64,000 bases of DNA from contig OZ024755.1 in assembly GCA_964016885.1 (NCBI GenBank), forward strand, positions 42,656,001 through 42,720,000, in the 5' to 3' direction. Shown here in pieces: positions 34,393 to 48,600 of this stretch (its first letter is position 1; each line of letters opens with the position of its first letter). A program made the translations under genes and the position numbers. The notes beneath the pieces are model-generated. The model was not told the origin of the DNA. It did no database searches and saw only the letters and a list, made by a program, of their open reading frames with translations. The DNA is from Eledone cirrhosa (taxonomy: Eukaryota).

Positions 34393-35730
34393 TCATCATC
34401 ATCATCGTTTAACGTCTATCTTCCACGCTAGAATGGGTTTAGATGGGAATTGTCTCACTTGAGGCAAGATTGGTTGTCTTGCTCGTATAGGACTGTCTGG
34501 CAGGTTTTCTACGGCTGGATGCCCTTCCTAACACCAATCACGTTTACAGTGTGGGCTGGGAGGTTTTTACCGTGTTACCTACATGGCCACATTACAGCCT
34601 GGACTGTGTGTTTTTTTTGTCGTGACACCTACACGACCTCATTTATTTAGGACTGGATGTTGTGGTACCAACATAACTTAACAGAGAAAGGGGTGGGGGT
34701 AGTGGGATGGGGTGTATTTTTGGTTAAGAGGTGCCTACTGACTGTAGGTTTCGCTTTGTACTTAGGCAAGGCGGGTCTTCTGTATTACTGCGTAGCGCCA
34801 ATGATCTCGGTCCAGTGACATTGTCTTAGAGAGGTGTAAGTGTGTAAGGTCGGAATTTATCAGATCGTCCCAGGTTTTTCTGGGTCTACCTACTCCGTAA
34901 CTACCATCAATTTTGATAGCCCTGCACTTTTTTTATACAGTTGTCGTCTTTCACGCGCATCATGTGACCATACCAACATAGTCTTCTCTCGAGTAAACAG
35001 CATCTGATCCCTCTTATTCCTAATTTTTCACTTAGTTCATTTATGCTTTGCCATTCACATATATTACTATTACACATCCAACGGAGCATGCATGCTTCGT
35101 TCCTTTCCAGTCTGCGCAGGTCCTATGCACGTAATGCCCATGTTTCACTGCCATGTAGCATTGCTGTTCATATGCAGGCATCATACAGTCTGCCTTTCAT
35201 TTTTAGAGAGAAACTTTTAGTGGCCAATAGTGGCATAAGCTCTCTGAACTTTTTCCATCCCGTTCTGACTCTGGCTACTGTACTTTCGGAGCACCCTCCA
35301 CCACTGCTGATTTTGTCACCCAGGTAACGGAAGGTGTCCACTATTTCTATAGAACCATCTGTGCAATGGAATGAGCTAGTATTCTGTGGGCACTTGCTAC
35401 TTATTGTACCTGAGCATCGGCCACATATAAAGTCTACGTTCTTAGATAGTTTACCTGTGATCCCACTACATCTTTTATGTACCCATACTTTGCATTTGGG
35501 ACATAAAATGGAATTTCTGCCTACTCCTTTCCTACATACTGAGCATGGCCATTTCCAGACGGTACCCGTCCCCTATTTTCCTTCCTACATACTAGAACTT
35601 TAGTCTTAGACAAGGTAATTTTAAGGCCTTTTGATTCTAGACCATGCTTCCATGTTTGGAATTTCTTCTCTAGTTCAGCCATAGATTCAGCTATGAGAGT
35701 TAGATCATCTGCGTATAGGAGTTCCCATGG
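34393..35730 (-). mobile_element. RTE LINE, 5'-truncated (same family as 4451-5860)
   Basis: PWELLYADDL, CSVCRKGVGRNSILCPKC, MLHGSETW, RLCWYGH; (GAT)n tail at 34393. Confidence 0.9.
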
Positions 35731-36677
35731 TTATAATATATATATATATCAAATATATATAAATATCATATATTTATATGTCAGGTCAGGTCTCTGCCTG
35801 TTATTGGTACCATGTAGCCCAGTACATGTTTCATGGTGGTTTGGTGGTAGGTGACTAAACTGGCTCTCCCACCAGGCCAGGGTCTGACAAGAAGAATAAG
35901 TGGAAAGCCAGCAGCACAAAAACAAGACCTGTCAAAGGGTGGATGAACTCGACAGAGTCAACTGCCATCCACCCCAACTATGGATAATTAGCTTCACCAA
36001 CCTGCAATTCGTGAGTACAGCTACACCCCCTGGAGAGGTTAAACTCCATGACAATAACATATGCGAACCTTATAACTGTCCTGTTATCTTGCCTGGGCTT
36101 GTCACTGGACACAGAGCTGCAGGGATGGAGTCAGAGCTATGAGTGTAGCACAAACACATAGTATTGCCTTCTTTATGTGTAAATATTTCTTCACAAATCC
36201 CACAGCGATGGAGGGATGGCAACGTGTGCAGACTCGACCAGTTAGAAGTGCAAGTCATACATTTACACATGGGCAGCTCATGTCTTATCCAAACATCACT
36301 GCATTGTTAACCTGAACAACAACATGCTTCGGCAGAGTGTTGGGTGTCTGAGCAGCTCTTTTTGGAGATGCACAGTACAGCCATACCACATAGAAATGGG
36401 CTAGAAAAGAAGATCTAAACTGAGCCTGTTCAGTCATCAAACTGGCCCGCAGTCTGCAGTTGGCAGTGAAAATAAATTTGAAGAGATGGCCCTCTTCTGT
36501 AAAGAACTGGCAGTTATATATATGAAGCAAAGTTTTTGGTTGTGGTGTATGAGGATGGTAAACACCTCAAATAGCAATAATTCTTGTTGAATTTATAACT
36601 TTACTTCACTTCAGTAAATCGCAAATATAAAGTTTGACTGTAGTATTCACAAATGAATATACTGTTCAATAAGTGAC

Positions 36678-39600
36678 AAGAAGTAGTCAGACACTATGTA
36701 CTAGTAGAGGCAACAGTAAGCTGGCAGTGGCAAGGAAGCTGTGTTGTGTATAGGAAGAAGTAGTCAGACACTACGTACTAGCAGAGGGAACAGGTAAGCT
36801 GGCAGTGGCCAGGAAGCTGTGTTGTGTATAGGTGGAAGTAGTCAGACACTATGTACTAGCACACGGAACAGTAAGCTGTGTTGTGTATAGGAAGAAGTAG
36901 TCAGACATTATGTACTAGCAGAGGGAACAGTAAGCTGGCAGTGGCAAGGAAGCTGTGTTGTGTATAGGAAGAAGTAGTCAGACACTATGTACTAACAGAG
37001 GGAACAGTAAGCTTGCAGTGGCAAGGAAGCTGTGTTGTGTATAGGTGGAAGTAGTCAGACACTATGTACTAGCAGAGGGAGCAGTAAGCTGGCAGTGGCA
37101 AGGAAGCTGTTTTGTATATAGGAAGAAGTAGTCAGACACTATGTACCAGTAGAGGGAGGAGTAAGCTGTGTTGTGTATAGGAAGAAGTAGTCAGACACTA
37201 TGTACCAGTAGAGGGAGGAGTAAGCGGGCAGTGGCAAGGAAGCTGTGTTGTGTATAGGAAGAAGTAATCAGACACTATGTACCAGTAGAGGGAGGAGTAA
37301 GCTGGCAGTGGCAAGGAAGCTGTGTTGTGTATAGGAAGAAGTAATCAGACACTATGTACAAGCAGAGGGAACGGTAAGCTGGCAGTGGCCAGGAAGCTGT
37401 GTTGTGTATAGGAAGAAGTAGTCAGTCACTATGTACTAGTAGAGGGAACAGTAAGCTGGCAGTGGCAAGGAAGCTGTGTTGTGTATAGGAAGAAGTAGTC
37501 AGACATTATGTACTAGTAGAGGGAACATTAATCTGGCAGTGGCCAGGAAGCTGTGTTGTGTATAGGAAGAAGTAGTCAGACATTATGTACTAGTAGAGGG
37601 AACAGTAAGCTGGCAGTGGCAAGAAAGCTGTGTTGTGTATAGGAAGAAGTAGTCAGACATTATGTACTAGCAGAGGGAACAGTAAGCTGGCAGTGGCAAG
37701 GAAGCTGTCTTGTGTATAGGAAGAAGTAGTCAGACACTATGTACTAGTGGAGGGAGCAGTAAACTGGCAGTGGGAAGGAAGCTGTGTTGTATATAGGAAG
37801 AAGTAGTCAGACATTATGTACTAGTAGAGGGAACGGTAAGCTGGCAGTGACAAGGTAGCTGTGTTGTGTATAGGAAGAAGTAGTCAGACATTATGTACTA
37901 GCAGAGGGAACAGTAAGCTGGCAGTGGCAAGGAAGCTGTGTTGTGTATAGGAAGAAGTAGTCAGACACTATGTACTAGTAGAGGGAGCAGTAAGCTGGCA
38001 GTGGCAAGGAAGCTGTGTTGTATATAGGAAGAAGTAGTCAGACATTATGTACTAGTAGAGGGAACAGTAAACTGGTAGTGGCAAGGAAGCTGTGTTGTGT
38101 ATAGGAAGAAGTAATCAGACACTATGTACCAGTAGAGGGAGGAGTAAGCGGGCAGTGGCAAGGAAGCTGTGTTGTGTATAGGAAGAAGTAATCAGACACT
38201 ATGTACCAGTAGAGGGAGGAGTAAGCTGGCAGTGGCAAGGAAGCTGTGTTGTGTATAGGAAGAAGTAATCAGACACTATGTACAAGCAGAGGGAACGGTA
38301 AGCTGGCAGTGGCCAGGAAGCTGTGTTGTGTATAGGAAGAAGTAGTCAGTCACTATGTACTAGTAGAGGGAACAGTAAGCTGTCAGTGGCAAGGAAGCTG
38401 TGTTGTGTATAGGAAGAAGTAGTCAGACATTATGTACTAGTAGAGGGAACATTAATCTGGCAGTGGCCAGGAAGCTGTGTTGTGTATAGGAAGAAGTAGT
38501 CAGACATTATGTACTAGTAGAGGGAACAGTAAGCTGGCAGTGGCAAGGAAGCTGTGTTGTGTATAGGAAGAAGTAGTCAGACACTATGTACAAGCAGAGG
38601 GAACGGTAAGCTGGCAGTGGCCAGGAAGCTGTGTTGTGTATAGGAAGAAGTAGTCAGTCACTATGTACTAGTAGAGGGAACAGTAAGCTGTCAGTGGCAA
38701 GGAAGCTGTGTTGTGTATAGGAAGAAGTAGTCAGACATTATGTACTAGTAGAGGGAACGGTAAGCTGGCAGTGACAAGGTAGCTGTGTTGTGTATAGGAA
38801 GAAGTAGTCAGACATTATGTACTAACAGAGGGAACAGTAAGCTGGCAGTGGCAAGGAAGCTGTGTTGTATATAGGAAGAAGTAGTCAGACATTATGTACT
38901 AGTAGAGGGAACAGTAAACTGGTAGTGGCAAGGAAGCTGTGTTGTGTATAGGAAGAAGTAGTCAGACACTATGTACTAGTAGAGGGAGCAGTAAGCTGGC
39001 AGTGGCAAGGAAGCTGTGTTGTATATAGGAAGAAGTAGTCAGACACTATGTACTAGTAGAGGGAGCAGTAAGCTGGCAGTGGCAAGGAAGCTGTGTTGTG
39101 TATAGGAAGAAGTAGTCAGACACTATGTACTAGTAGAGGGAGCAGTAAGCTGGCAGTGGCAAGGAAGCTGTGTTGTATATAGGAAGAAGTAGTCAGACAT
39201 TATGTACTAGTAGAGGGAACAGTAAACTGGTAGTGGCAAGGAAGCTGTGTTGTGTATAGGAAGAAGTAGTCAGACATTATGTACTAGCAGAAGGAACAGT
39301 AAGCTGGCAGTGACAAGGTAGCTGTGTTGTGTATAGGAATAAGTAGTCAGACATTATGTACTAGTAGAGGGAACAGTAAATTGGTAGTGGCAAGGAAGCT
39401 GTGTTGTGTATAGGAAGAAGTAGTCAGACATTATGTACTAGCAGAAGGAACAGTAAGCTGGCAGTGACAAGGAAGCTGTGTTGTGTATAGGAAGAAGTAG
39501 TCAGACACTATGTACTAGTAGTGGGAGCAGTAAACTGACAGTGGCAAGGAAGCTGTGTTGTGTATAGGAAGAAGTAGTCAGACACTATGTACTAACAGAT

Positions 39601-42600
39601 GGAACAGTAAGCTAGCAGTGGCAAGGAAGCTGTGTTGTGTATAGGAAGAAGTAGTCAGACACTATGTACTAGTAGAGGGAACAGTAAGCTGGCAGTGGGC
39701 AGGAAGCTGTGTTGTGTATAGGAAGAAGTAGTCAGACACTATGTACTAGTAGAGGGAACAGTAAGCTGGCAGTGGCAAGGAAGCTGTGTTGTGTATAGGA
39801 AGAAGTAGTCAGTCACTATGTACTAGTAGAGGGAACATTAATCAGGCAGTGGCCAGGAAGCTGTGTTGTGTATAGGAAGAAGTAGTCAGTCACTATGTAC
39901 TAGCAGAGGGAACAGTAAGCTGTGTTGTGTATAGGAAGAAGTAGTGAGACACTATGTACTAGCAGAGGGAACAGTAAGTTGGCAGTGGCAAGGAAGCTGT
40001 GTTGTGTATAGGAAGAAGTAGTCAGACACTATGTACTAACAGCGGGAATAGTAAGCCGGCAGTGGCAAGGAAGCTGTGTTGTGTATAGGAAGAAGTAGTC
40101 AGACACTATGTAATAACAGATGGAAGAGTAAGCTAGCAGTGGCAAGGAAGCTGTGTTGTGTATAGGAAGAAGTAGTCAGACATTATGTACTAGTAGAGGG
40201 AACATTAATCTGGCAGTGGCCAGGAAGCTGTGTTGTATATAGGAAGAAGTAGTCAGACATTATGTACTAGTAGAGGGAACAGTAAACTGGTAGTGGCAAA
40301 GAAGCTGTGTTGTGTATAGGAAGAAGTAGTCAGACACTATGTACTAGCATAGGGAACAGTAAGCTGGCAGTGGCAAGGAAGCTGTGTTGTGTATAGGAAG
40401 AAGTAGTCAGACACTATGTACTAGTAGAGGGAACAGTAAGCTGGCAGTGGCAAGGAAGCTGTGTTGTGTATAGGAAGAAGTAGTCAGACACTATGTACTA
40501 GCAGAGGGAACAGTAAGCTGGCAGTGGCAAGGAAGCTGTGTTGTGTATAGGTGGAAAGTAGTCAGACACTATGTACTAGCAGAGGGAACAGTAAGCTGGC
40601 AGTGGCCAGGAAGCTGTGTTATGTATAGGAAGAAGTAGTCAGACATTATGTACTAGCAGAGGCAACAGTCAGCTGGCAGTGGCAAGGAAGCTGTGTTGTG
40701 TATAGGAAGAAGTAGTCAGACATTATGTACTAGTAGAGGGAACATTAATCTGGCAGTGGCCAGGAAGCTGTGTTGTATATAGGAAGAAGTAGTCAGACAT
40801 TATGTACTAGTAGAGGGAACAGTAAACTGGTAGTGGCAAGGAAGCTGTGTTGTGTATAGGAAGAAGTAGTCAGACATTATGTACTAGTAGAGGGAACATT
40901 AATCTGGCAGTGGCCAGGAAGCTGTGTTGTATATAGGAAGAAGTAGTCAGACATTATGTACTAGTAGAGGGAACAGTAAACTGGTAGTGGCAAGGAAGCT
41001 GTGTTGTGTATAGGAAGAAGTAGTCAGACACTATGTACTAGCATAGGGAACACTAAGCTGGCAGTGGCAAGGAAGCTGTGTTGTGTATAGGAAGAAGTAG
41101 TCAGACACTATGTACTAGTAGAGGGAACAGTAAGCTGGCAGTGGCAAGGAAGCTGTGTTGTGTATAGGAAGAAGTAGTCAGACACTATGTACTAGCAGAG
41201 GGAACAGTAAGCTGGCAGTGGCAAGGAAGCTGTGTTGTGTATAGGTGGAAAGTAGTCAGACACTATGTACTAGCAGAGGGAACAGTAAGCTGGCAGTGGC
41301 CAGGAAGCTGTGTTATGTATAGGAAGAAGTAGTCAGACATTATGTACTAGCAGAGGCAACAGTCAGCTGGCAGTGGCAAGGAAGCTGTGTTGTGTATAGG
41401 AAGAAGTAGTCAGACATTATGTACTAGCAGAGGGAGTAGTAAGCTGGCAGTGGCAAGGAAGCTGTGTTGTGTAGAGGAAGAAGTAGTCAGACATTATGTA
41501 CTAGTAGAGGGAGCAGTAAGGTGGCAGTGGCAAGGAAGCTGTATTGTGTATAGGAAGAAGTAGTCAGACATTATGTACTAGTAGAGGGAGCAGTAACCTG
41601 GCAGTGGCAAGGAAGCTGTGTTGTGTATAGGAAGGAGTAGTCAGACATTATGTACTAGCAGAGGGAACAGTAAGCTGGCAGTGGCCAGAAAGCTGTGTTG
41701 TGTATAGGAAGAAGTAGTCAGACACTATGTACTAGTAGAGGGAGCAGTAAGCTGGCAGTGGCAAGGTAGCTGTGTTGTGTATAGGAAGAAGTAGTCAGAG
41801 ATTATGTACTAGCAGAGGGAACAGTAAGCTGGCAGTGGCAAGGAAGCTGTGTTGTATATAGGAAGAAGTAGTCAGACACTATGTACTAGCAGAGGGAACA
41901 GTAAGTTGGTAGTGGCCAGGAAGCTGTGTTGTGTATAGGAAGAAGTAGTCGGACATTATGTAATAGCAGAGGGAACAGTAAGCTGGCAGTGACAAGGAAG
42001 CTGTGTTGTGTATAGGAAGAAGTAGTCAGACACTATGTACTAACAGAGGGAACAGTAAGCTGGCAGTGGCAAGGAAGCTGTGTTGTGTATAGGAAGAAGT
42101 AGTCAGACATTATGTACTAGTAGAGGGAGCAGTAAGCTGGCAGTGGCAAGGAAGCTGTGTTGTGTATAGGAATAAGTAGTCAAACGCTATGTACTAGCAG
42201 AGGGAGCAGTAAGCTGGCAGTGGCAAGGAAGCTGTGTTGTGTATAGGAAGAAGTAGCCAGACACTATGTACTAGCAGAGGGAGCAGTAAGCTGGCAGTGG
42301 CAAGGAAGCTGTGTTGTGTATAGGAAGAAGTAGTCAGACATTATGTACTAGTAGAGGGAACAGTAAGCTGGCAGTGACAAGGAAGCTGTGTTGTGTATAG
42401 GAAGAAGTAGTCGGACATTATGTACTAGCAGAGGGAACAGTAAGTTGGTAGTTGCCAGGAAGCTGTGTTGTGTATAGGAAGAAGTAGTCAGACATTATGT
42501 ACTAGTAGAGGGAACAGTAAGCTGTGTTGTGTATAGGAAGAAGTAGTGAGACACTATGTACTAGCAGAGGGAGCAGTAAGCTGGTAGTGGCAAGGAAGCT

Positions 42601-45600
42601 TTGTTGTGTATAGGAAGAAGTAGTCAGACATTATGTACTAGCACAGGGAACATTAAGCTGGCAGTGGCAAGGAAGCTGTGTTGTGTATAGGGAGAAGTAG
42701 TCAGTCACTATGTACTAGCAGAGGGAACAGTAAATTGGCAATGGCAAGGAAGCTGTGTTGTGTATAGGAAGAAGTAGTCAGACATTATGTACTAGCAGAG
42801 GGAGCAGTAACCTGGCAGTGGTAAGGAAGCTGTGTTGTGTATAGGAAGAAGTAGTCAGTCACTATGTACTAGCAGAGGGAGCAGTAACCTGGCAGTGGCA
42901 AGGAAGCTGTGTTGTGTATAGGAAGGAGTAGTCAGACATTATGTACTAATAGAGGGAACAGTAAGCTGGCAGTGGCCAGGAAGCTGTGTTGTGTATAGGA
43001 AGAAGTAGTCAGACATTATGTACTAGCAGAGGGAACAGTAAGCTGTGTTGTGTATAGGAAGAAGTAGTGAGACACTATGTACTAGCAGAGGGAACAGTAA
43101 GTTGGCAGTGGCAAGGAAGCTGTGTTGTGTATAGGAAGAAGTAGTCAGACACTATGTACTAACAGCGGGAATAGTAAGCCGGCAGTGGCAAGGAAGCTGT
43201 GTTGTGTATAGGAAGAAGTAGTCAGACACTATGTACTAACAGATGGAAGAGTAAGCTAGCAGTGGCAAGGAAGCTGTGTTGTGTATAGGAAGAAGTAGTC
43301 AGTCACTATGTACTAGTATAGGGAGCAGTAAACTGGTAGTGGCCAGGAAGCTGTGTTGTGTATAGGAAGAAGTAGTCAGACATTATGTACTAGCAGAGGG
43401 AACAGTAAGCTGGCAGTGGCAAGGAAGCTGTGTTGTGTATAGGAAGAAGTAGTCAGACACTATGTACTAGCAGAGGGAACAGTAAGCTGGCAGTGGCAAG
43501 GAAGCTGTGTTGTGTATAGGAAGAAGTAGTCAGTCACTATGTACTAGCAGAGGGAACAGTAAGTTGGCAGTGGCAAGGAAGCTGTGTTGTATATAGGAAG
43601 ATGTAGTCAGACATTATGTACTAGAAGAGGGAACAGTAAGCTGGCAGTGGCAAGGAAGCTGTGTTGTGTACAGGAAGAAGTAGTCAGACACTATGTACTA
43701 GCAGAGGGAACAGTAAGCTGGCAGTGGCCAGGAAGCTGTGTTGTGTATAGGAAGAAGTAGTCAGACACTATGTACTAGCAGAGGGAACAGTAAGCTGGCA
43801 GTGGCAAGGAAGCTGTGTTGTGTATAGGAAGAAGTAGTCAGACATTATGTACTAGCAGAGGGAGCAGTAAGCTTGAAGTGGCAAGGAAGCTGTGTTGTGT
43901 ATAGGAAGAAGTAGTCAGACATTATGTACTAGCAGAGGGAGCAGTAAGCTAGCAGTGGCAAGGAAGCTGTGTTGTGTATAGGAAGAAGTAGTCAGGCATT
44001 ATGTACTAGCAGAGAGAACAGTACGCTGGCAGTGGCAAGGAAGCTGTGTTGTGTATAAGAAGAAGTAGTCAGACACTATGTACAAGTAGAGGGAGGAGTA
44101 AGCTGGCAGTGGCAAGGAAGCTGTGTTGTGTATAGGAAGAAGTAGTCAGACATTATGTACTAGCAGAGGGAGCAGTAAGCTGGCAGTGGCAAGGAAGCTG
44201 TGTGGTGTATAGGAAGAAGTAATCAGACATTATGTACTAGTAGAGGGAGCAGTAAGCTGGCAGTGGCAAGGAAGCTGTGTTGTATATAGGAAGAAGTAGT
44301 CAGACATTATGTACTAGTAGAGGGAACAGTAAACTGGTAGTGGCAAGGAAGCTGTGTTGTGTATAGGAAGAAGTAGTCAGACATTATGTACTAGCAGAGG
44401 GAACAGTAAGCTGGCAGTGGCAAGGAAGCTGTGTTGTGTATAGGAAGAAGTAGTCAGACACTATGTACTAGTAGAGGGAGCAGAAAGCTGGCAGTGGCAA
44501 GGAAGCTGTGTTGTATATAGGAAGAAGTAGTCAAACATTATGTACTAGTAGAGGGAACTGTAAACTGGTAGTGGTAAGGAAGCTGTGTTGTGTATAGGAA
44601 GAAGTAGTCAGACACTATGTAATAGCAGAGGGAACAGTAAGCTGGCAGTGGCAAGGAAGCTGTGTTGTGTATAGGAAGAAGTAGTCAGACACTATTTACT
44701 AGTAGAGGGAACAGTAAGCTGGCAGTGGCAAGGAAGCTGTGTTGTGTATAGGAAGAAGTAGTCAGACACTATGTACTAGCAGAGGGAACAGTAAGCTGGC
44801 AGTGGCCAGGAAGCTGTTTTATGTATAGGAAGAAGTAGTCAGACATTATGTACTAGCAGAGGCAACAGTCAGCTGGCAGTGGCAAGGAAGCTGTGTTGTG
44901 TATAGGAAGAAGTAGTCAGACATTATGTACTAACAGAGGGAGCAGTAAGCTGGCAGTGGCAAGGAAGCTGTGTTGTGTAGAGGAAGAAGTAGTCAGACAT
45001 TATGTACTAGTAGAGGGAGCAGTAAGGTGGCAGTGGCAAGGAAGCTGTATTGTGTATAGGAAGAAGTAGTCAGACATTATGTACTTGTAGAGGGAGCAGT
45101 AACCTGGCAGTGGCAAGGAAGCTGTGTTGTATATAAGAAGAAGTAGTCAGACACTATGTACTAATAGAGGGAACAGTAAGCTGGCAGTGGCCAGGAAGCT
45201 GTGTTGTGTATAGGAAGAAGTAGTCAGACATTATGTACTAATAGAGGGAACAGTAAGCTGGCAGTGGCCAGGAAGCTGTGTTGTGTATAGGAAGAAGTAG
45301 TCAGAGATTATGTACTAGCAGAGGGAACAGTAAACTGGCAGTGGCAAGGAAGCTGTGTTGTGTATAGGAAGAAATAGTCAGACATTATGTACTAGTAGAG
45401 GGAACAGTAAGCTGTGTTGTGTATAGGAAGAAGTAGTCAGACACTATGTACTAGCAGAGGGAACAGTAAGCTGGCAGTGGCAAGGAAGCTGTGTTGTATA
45501 TAGGAAGAAGTAGTCAGACATTATGTACTAGCAGAGGCAACAGTAAGCTGGCAGTGGCCAGGAAGCTGTGTTGTATATAGGAAGAAGTAGTCAGACATCA

Positions 45601-48600
45601 TGTACTAATAGAGGGAACAGTAAGCTGGCAGTGGCCAGGAAGCTGTGTTGTATATAGGAAGAAGTAGTCAGACATTATGTACTAGCAGAGGGAACAGTAA
45701 GGTGGCAGTGGCAAGGAAGCTGTGTTGTGTATAGGAAGAAGTAGTCAGACATTATGTACTAGCAGAGGGAACAGTAAGCTGTGTTGTGTATAGGAAGAAG
45801 TAGTGAGACACTATGTACTAGCAGAGGGAACAGTAAGTTGGTAGTGGCCAGGAAGCTGTGTTGTGTATAGGAAGAAGTAGTCGGACATTATGTAATAGCA
45901 GAGGGAACAGTAAGCTGGTAGTGACAAGGAAGCTGTTTTATGTATAGGAAGAAGTAGTCAGACATTATGTACTAGCAGAGGCAACAGTCAGCTGGCAGTG
46001 GCAAGGAAGCTGTGTTGTGTATAGGAAGAAATAGTCAGACACTATGTACTAGCAGAGGGAACAGTAAGCTGGCAGTGGCAAGGAAGCTGTGTTGTGTATA
46101 GGAAGAAGTAGTCAGACACTATGTACTAGCAGAGGGAGCAGTAAGCTGGCCGTGGCAAGGAAGCTGTGTTGTGTATAGGAATAAGTAGTCAGACGCTATG
46201 TACTAGCAGAGGGAGTAGTAAGCTGGCAGTGGCATGGAAGCTGTGTTGTGTATAGGAAGAAGTAGTCAGACATTATGTACTAGTAGAGGGAACAGTAAGC
46301 TGGCAGTGACAAGGAAGCTGTGTTGTGTATAGGAAGAAGTAGTCGGACATTATGTACTAGCAGAGGGAGCAGTAAGCTGGCCGTGGCAAGGAAGCTGTGT
46401 TGTGTATAGGAAGAAGTAGTCAGACATTATGTACTAGCAGAGGGAGCAGTAAGCTGGCCGTGGCAAGGAAGCTGTGTTGTGTATAGGAAGAAGTAGTCGG
46501 ACATTATGTACTAGCAGAGGGAGCAGTAAGCTGGCAGTGGCAAGGAAGCTGTGTTGTGTATAGGAAGAAGTAGTCAGACATTATGTACTAGCAGAGGGAG
46601 CAGTAAGCTGTGTTGTGTATAGGAATAAGTAGTCAGACACTATGTACTAGCAGAGGGAGCAGTAAGCTGGCAGTGGCAAGGAAGCTGTGTTGTGTATAGG
46701 AAGAAGTAGTCAGACATTATGTACTAGTAGAGGGAACAGTAAGCTGGCAGTGACAAGGAAGCTGTGTTGTGTATAGGAAGAAGTAGTCGGACATTATGTA
46801 CTAGCAGAGGGAGCAGTAAGCTGGCAGTGGCAAGGAAGCTGTGTTGTGTATAGGAAGAAGTAGTCAGACATTATGTACTAGCAGAGGGAACAGTAAGCTG
46901 GTAGTTGCCCGGAAGCTGTGTTGTGTATAGGAAGAAGTAGTCAGACATTATGTACTAGCAGAGGGAGCAGTAAGCTGTGTTGTGTATAGGAAGAAGTAGT
47001 CAGACATTATGTACTAGCACAGGGAACATTAAGCTGGCAGTGGCAAGGAAGCTGTGTTGTGTATAGGAAGAAGTAGTCAGTCACTATGTACTAGCAGAGG
47101 GAACAGTAAGTTGGCAATGGCAAGGAAGCTGTGTTGTGTATAGGAAGAAGTAGTCAGACATTATGTACTAGCAGAGGGAGCAGTAACCTGGCAGTGGCAA
47201 GGAAGCTGTGTTGTGTATAGGAAGAAGTAGTCAGTCACTATGTACTAGCAGAGGGAGCAGTAACCTGGCAGTGGCAAGGAAGCTGTGTTGTGTATAGGAA
47301 GGAGTAGTCAGACATGATGTACTAGCAGAAGGAACAGTAAGCTGGCAGTGGCCAGGAAGCTGTGTTGTGTATAGGAAGAAGTAGTCAGACATTATGTACT
47401 AATAGAGGGAACAGTAAGCTGGCAGTGGCCAGGAAGCTGTGTTGTGTATAGGAAGAAGTAGTCAGAGATTATGTACTAGCAGAGGGAACAGTAAACTGGC
47501 AGTGGCAAGGAAGCTGTGTTGTGTATAGGAAGAAATAGTCAGACATTATGTACTAGTAGAGGGAACAGTAAGCTGTGTTGTGTATAGGAAGAAGTAGTCA
47601 GACACTATGTACTAGCAGAGGGAACAGTAAGCTGGCAGTGGCAAGGAAGCTGTGTTATATATAGGAAGAAGTAGTCAGACATTATGTACTAGCAGAGGGA
47701 ACAGTAAGCTGTGTTGTGTATAGGAAGAAGTAGTGAGACACTATGTACTAGCAGAGGGAACAGTAAGCTGGCAGTGGCCAGGAAGCTGTGTTGTATATAG
47801 GAAGAAGTAGTCAGACATTATGTACTAATAGAGGGAACAGTAAGCTGGCAGTGGCCAGGAAGCTGTGTTGTATATAGGAAGAAGTAGTCAGACATTATGT
47901 ACTAGCAGAGGGAACAGTAAGGTGGCAGTGGCAAGGAAGCTGTGTTGTGTATAGGAAGAAGTAGTCAGACATTATGTACTAGCAGAGGGAACAGTAAGCT
48001 GTGTTGTGTATAGGAAGAAGTAGTGAGACACTATGTACTAGCAGAGGGAACAGTAAGTTGGCAGTGGCAAGGAAGCTGTGTTGTGTATAGGAAGAACTAG
48101 TCAGACACTATGTACTAACAGAGGGAACAGTAAGCCGGCAGTGGCAAGGAAGCTGTGTTGTGTATAGGAAGAAGTAGTCAGACACTATGTACTAACAGAT
48201 GGAAGAGTAAGCTAGCAGTGGCAAGGAAGCTGTGTTGTGTATAGGAAGAAGTAGTCAGTCACTATGTACTAGTAGAGGGAGCAGTAAACTGGTAGTGGCC
48301 AGGAAGCTGTGTTGTGTATAGGAAGAAGTAGTCAGACATTATGTACTAGCAGAGGGAACAGTAAGCTGGCAGTGGCAAGGAAGCTGTGTTGTGTATAGGA
48401 AGAAGTAGTCAGACACTATGTACTAGCAAAGGGAACAGTAAGCTGGCAGTGGCAAGGAAGCTGTGTTGTGTATAGGAAGAAGTAGTCAGACACTATGTAC
48501 TAACAGATGGAAGAGTAAGCTAGCAGTGGCAAGGAAGCTGTGTTGTGTATAGGAAGAAGTAGTCAGTCACTATGTACTAGCAGAGGGAACAGTAAGTTGG

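Noticed and set aside
35760-36670. Zinc-finger-like ORF (HRCGICEEIF) before the satellite
   Set aside because: There is no proper C2H2 spacing or exon boundary. Faint RTE-like remnants on the plus strand (EQLFL..) suggest an old LINE, too weak to call.
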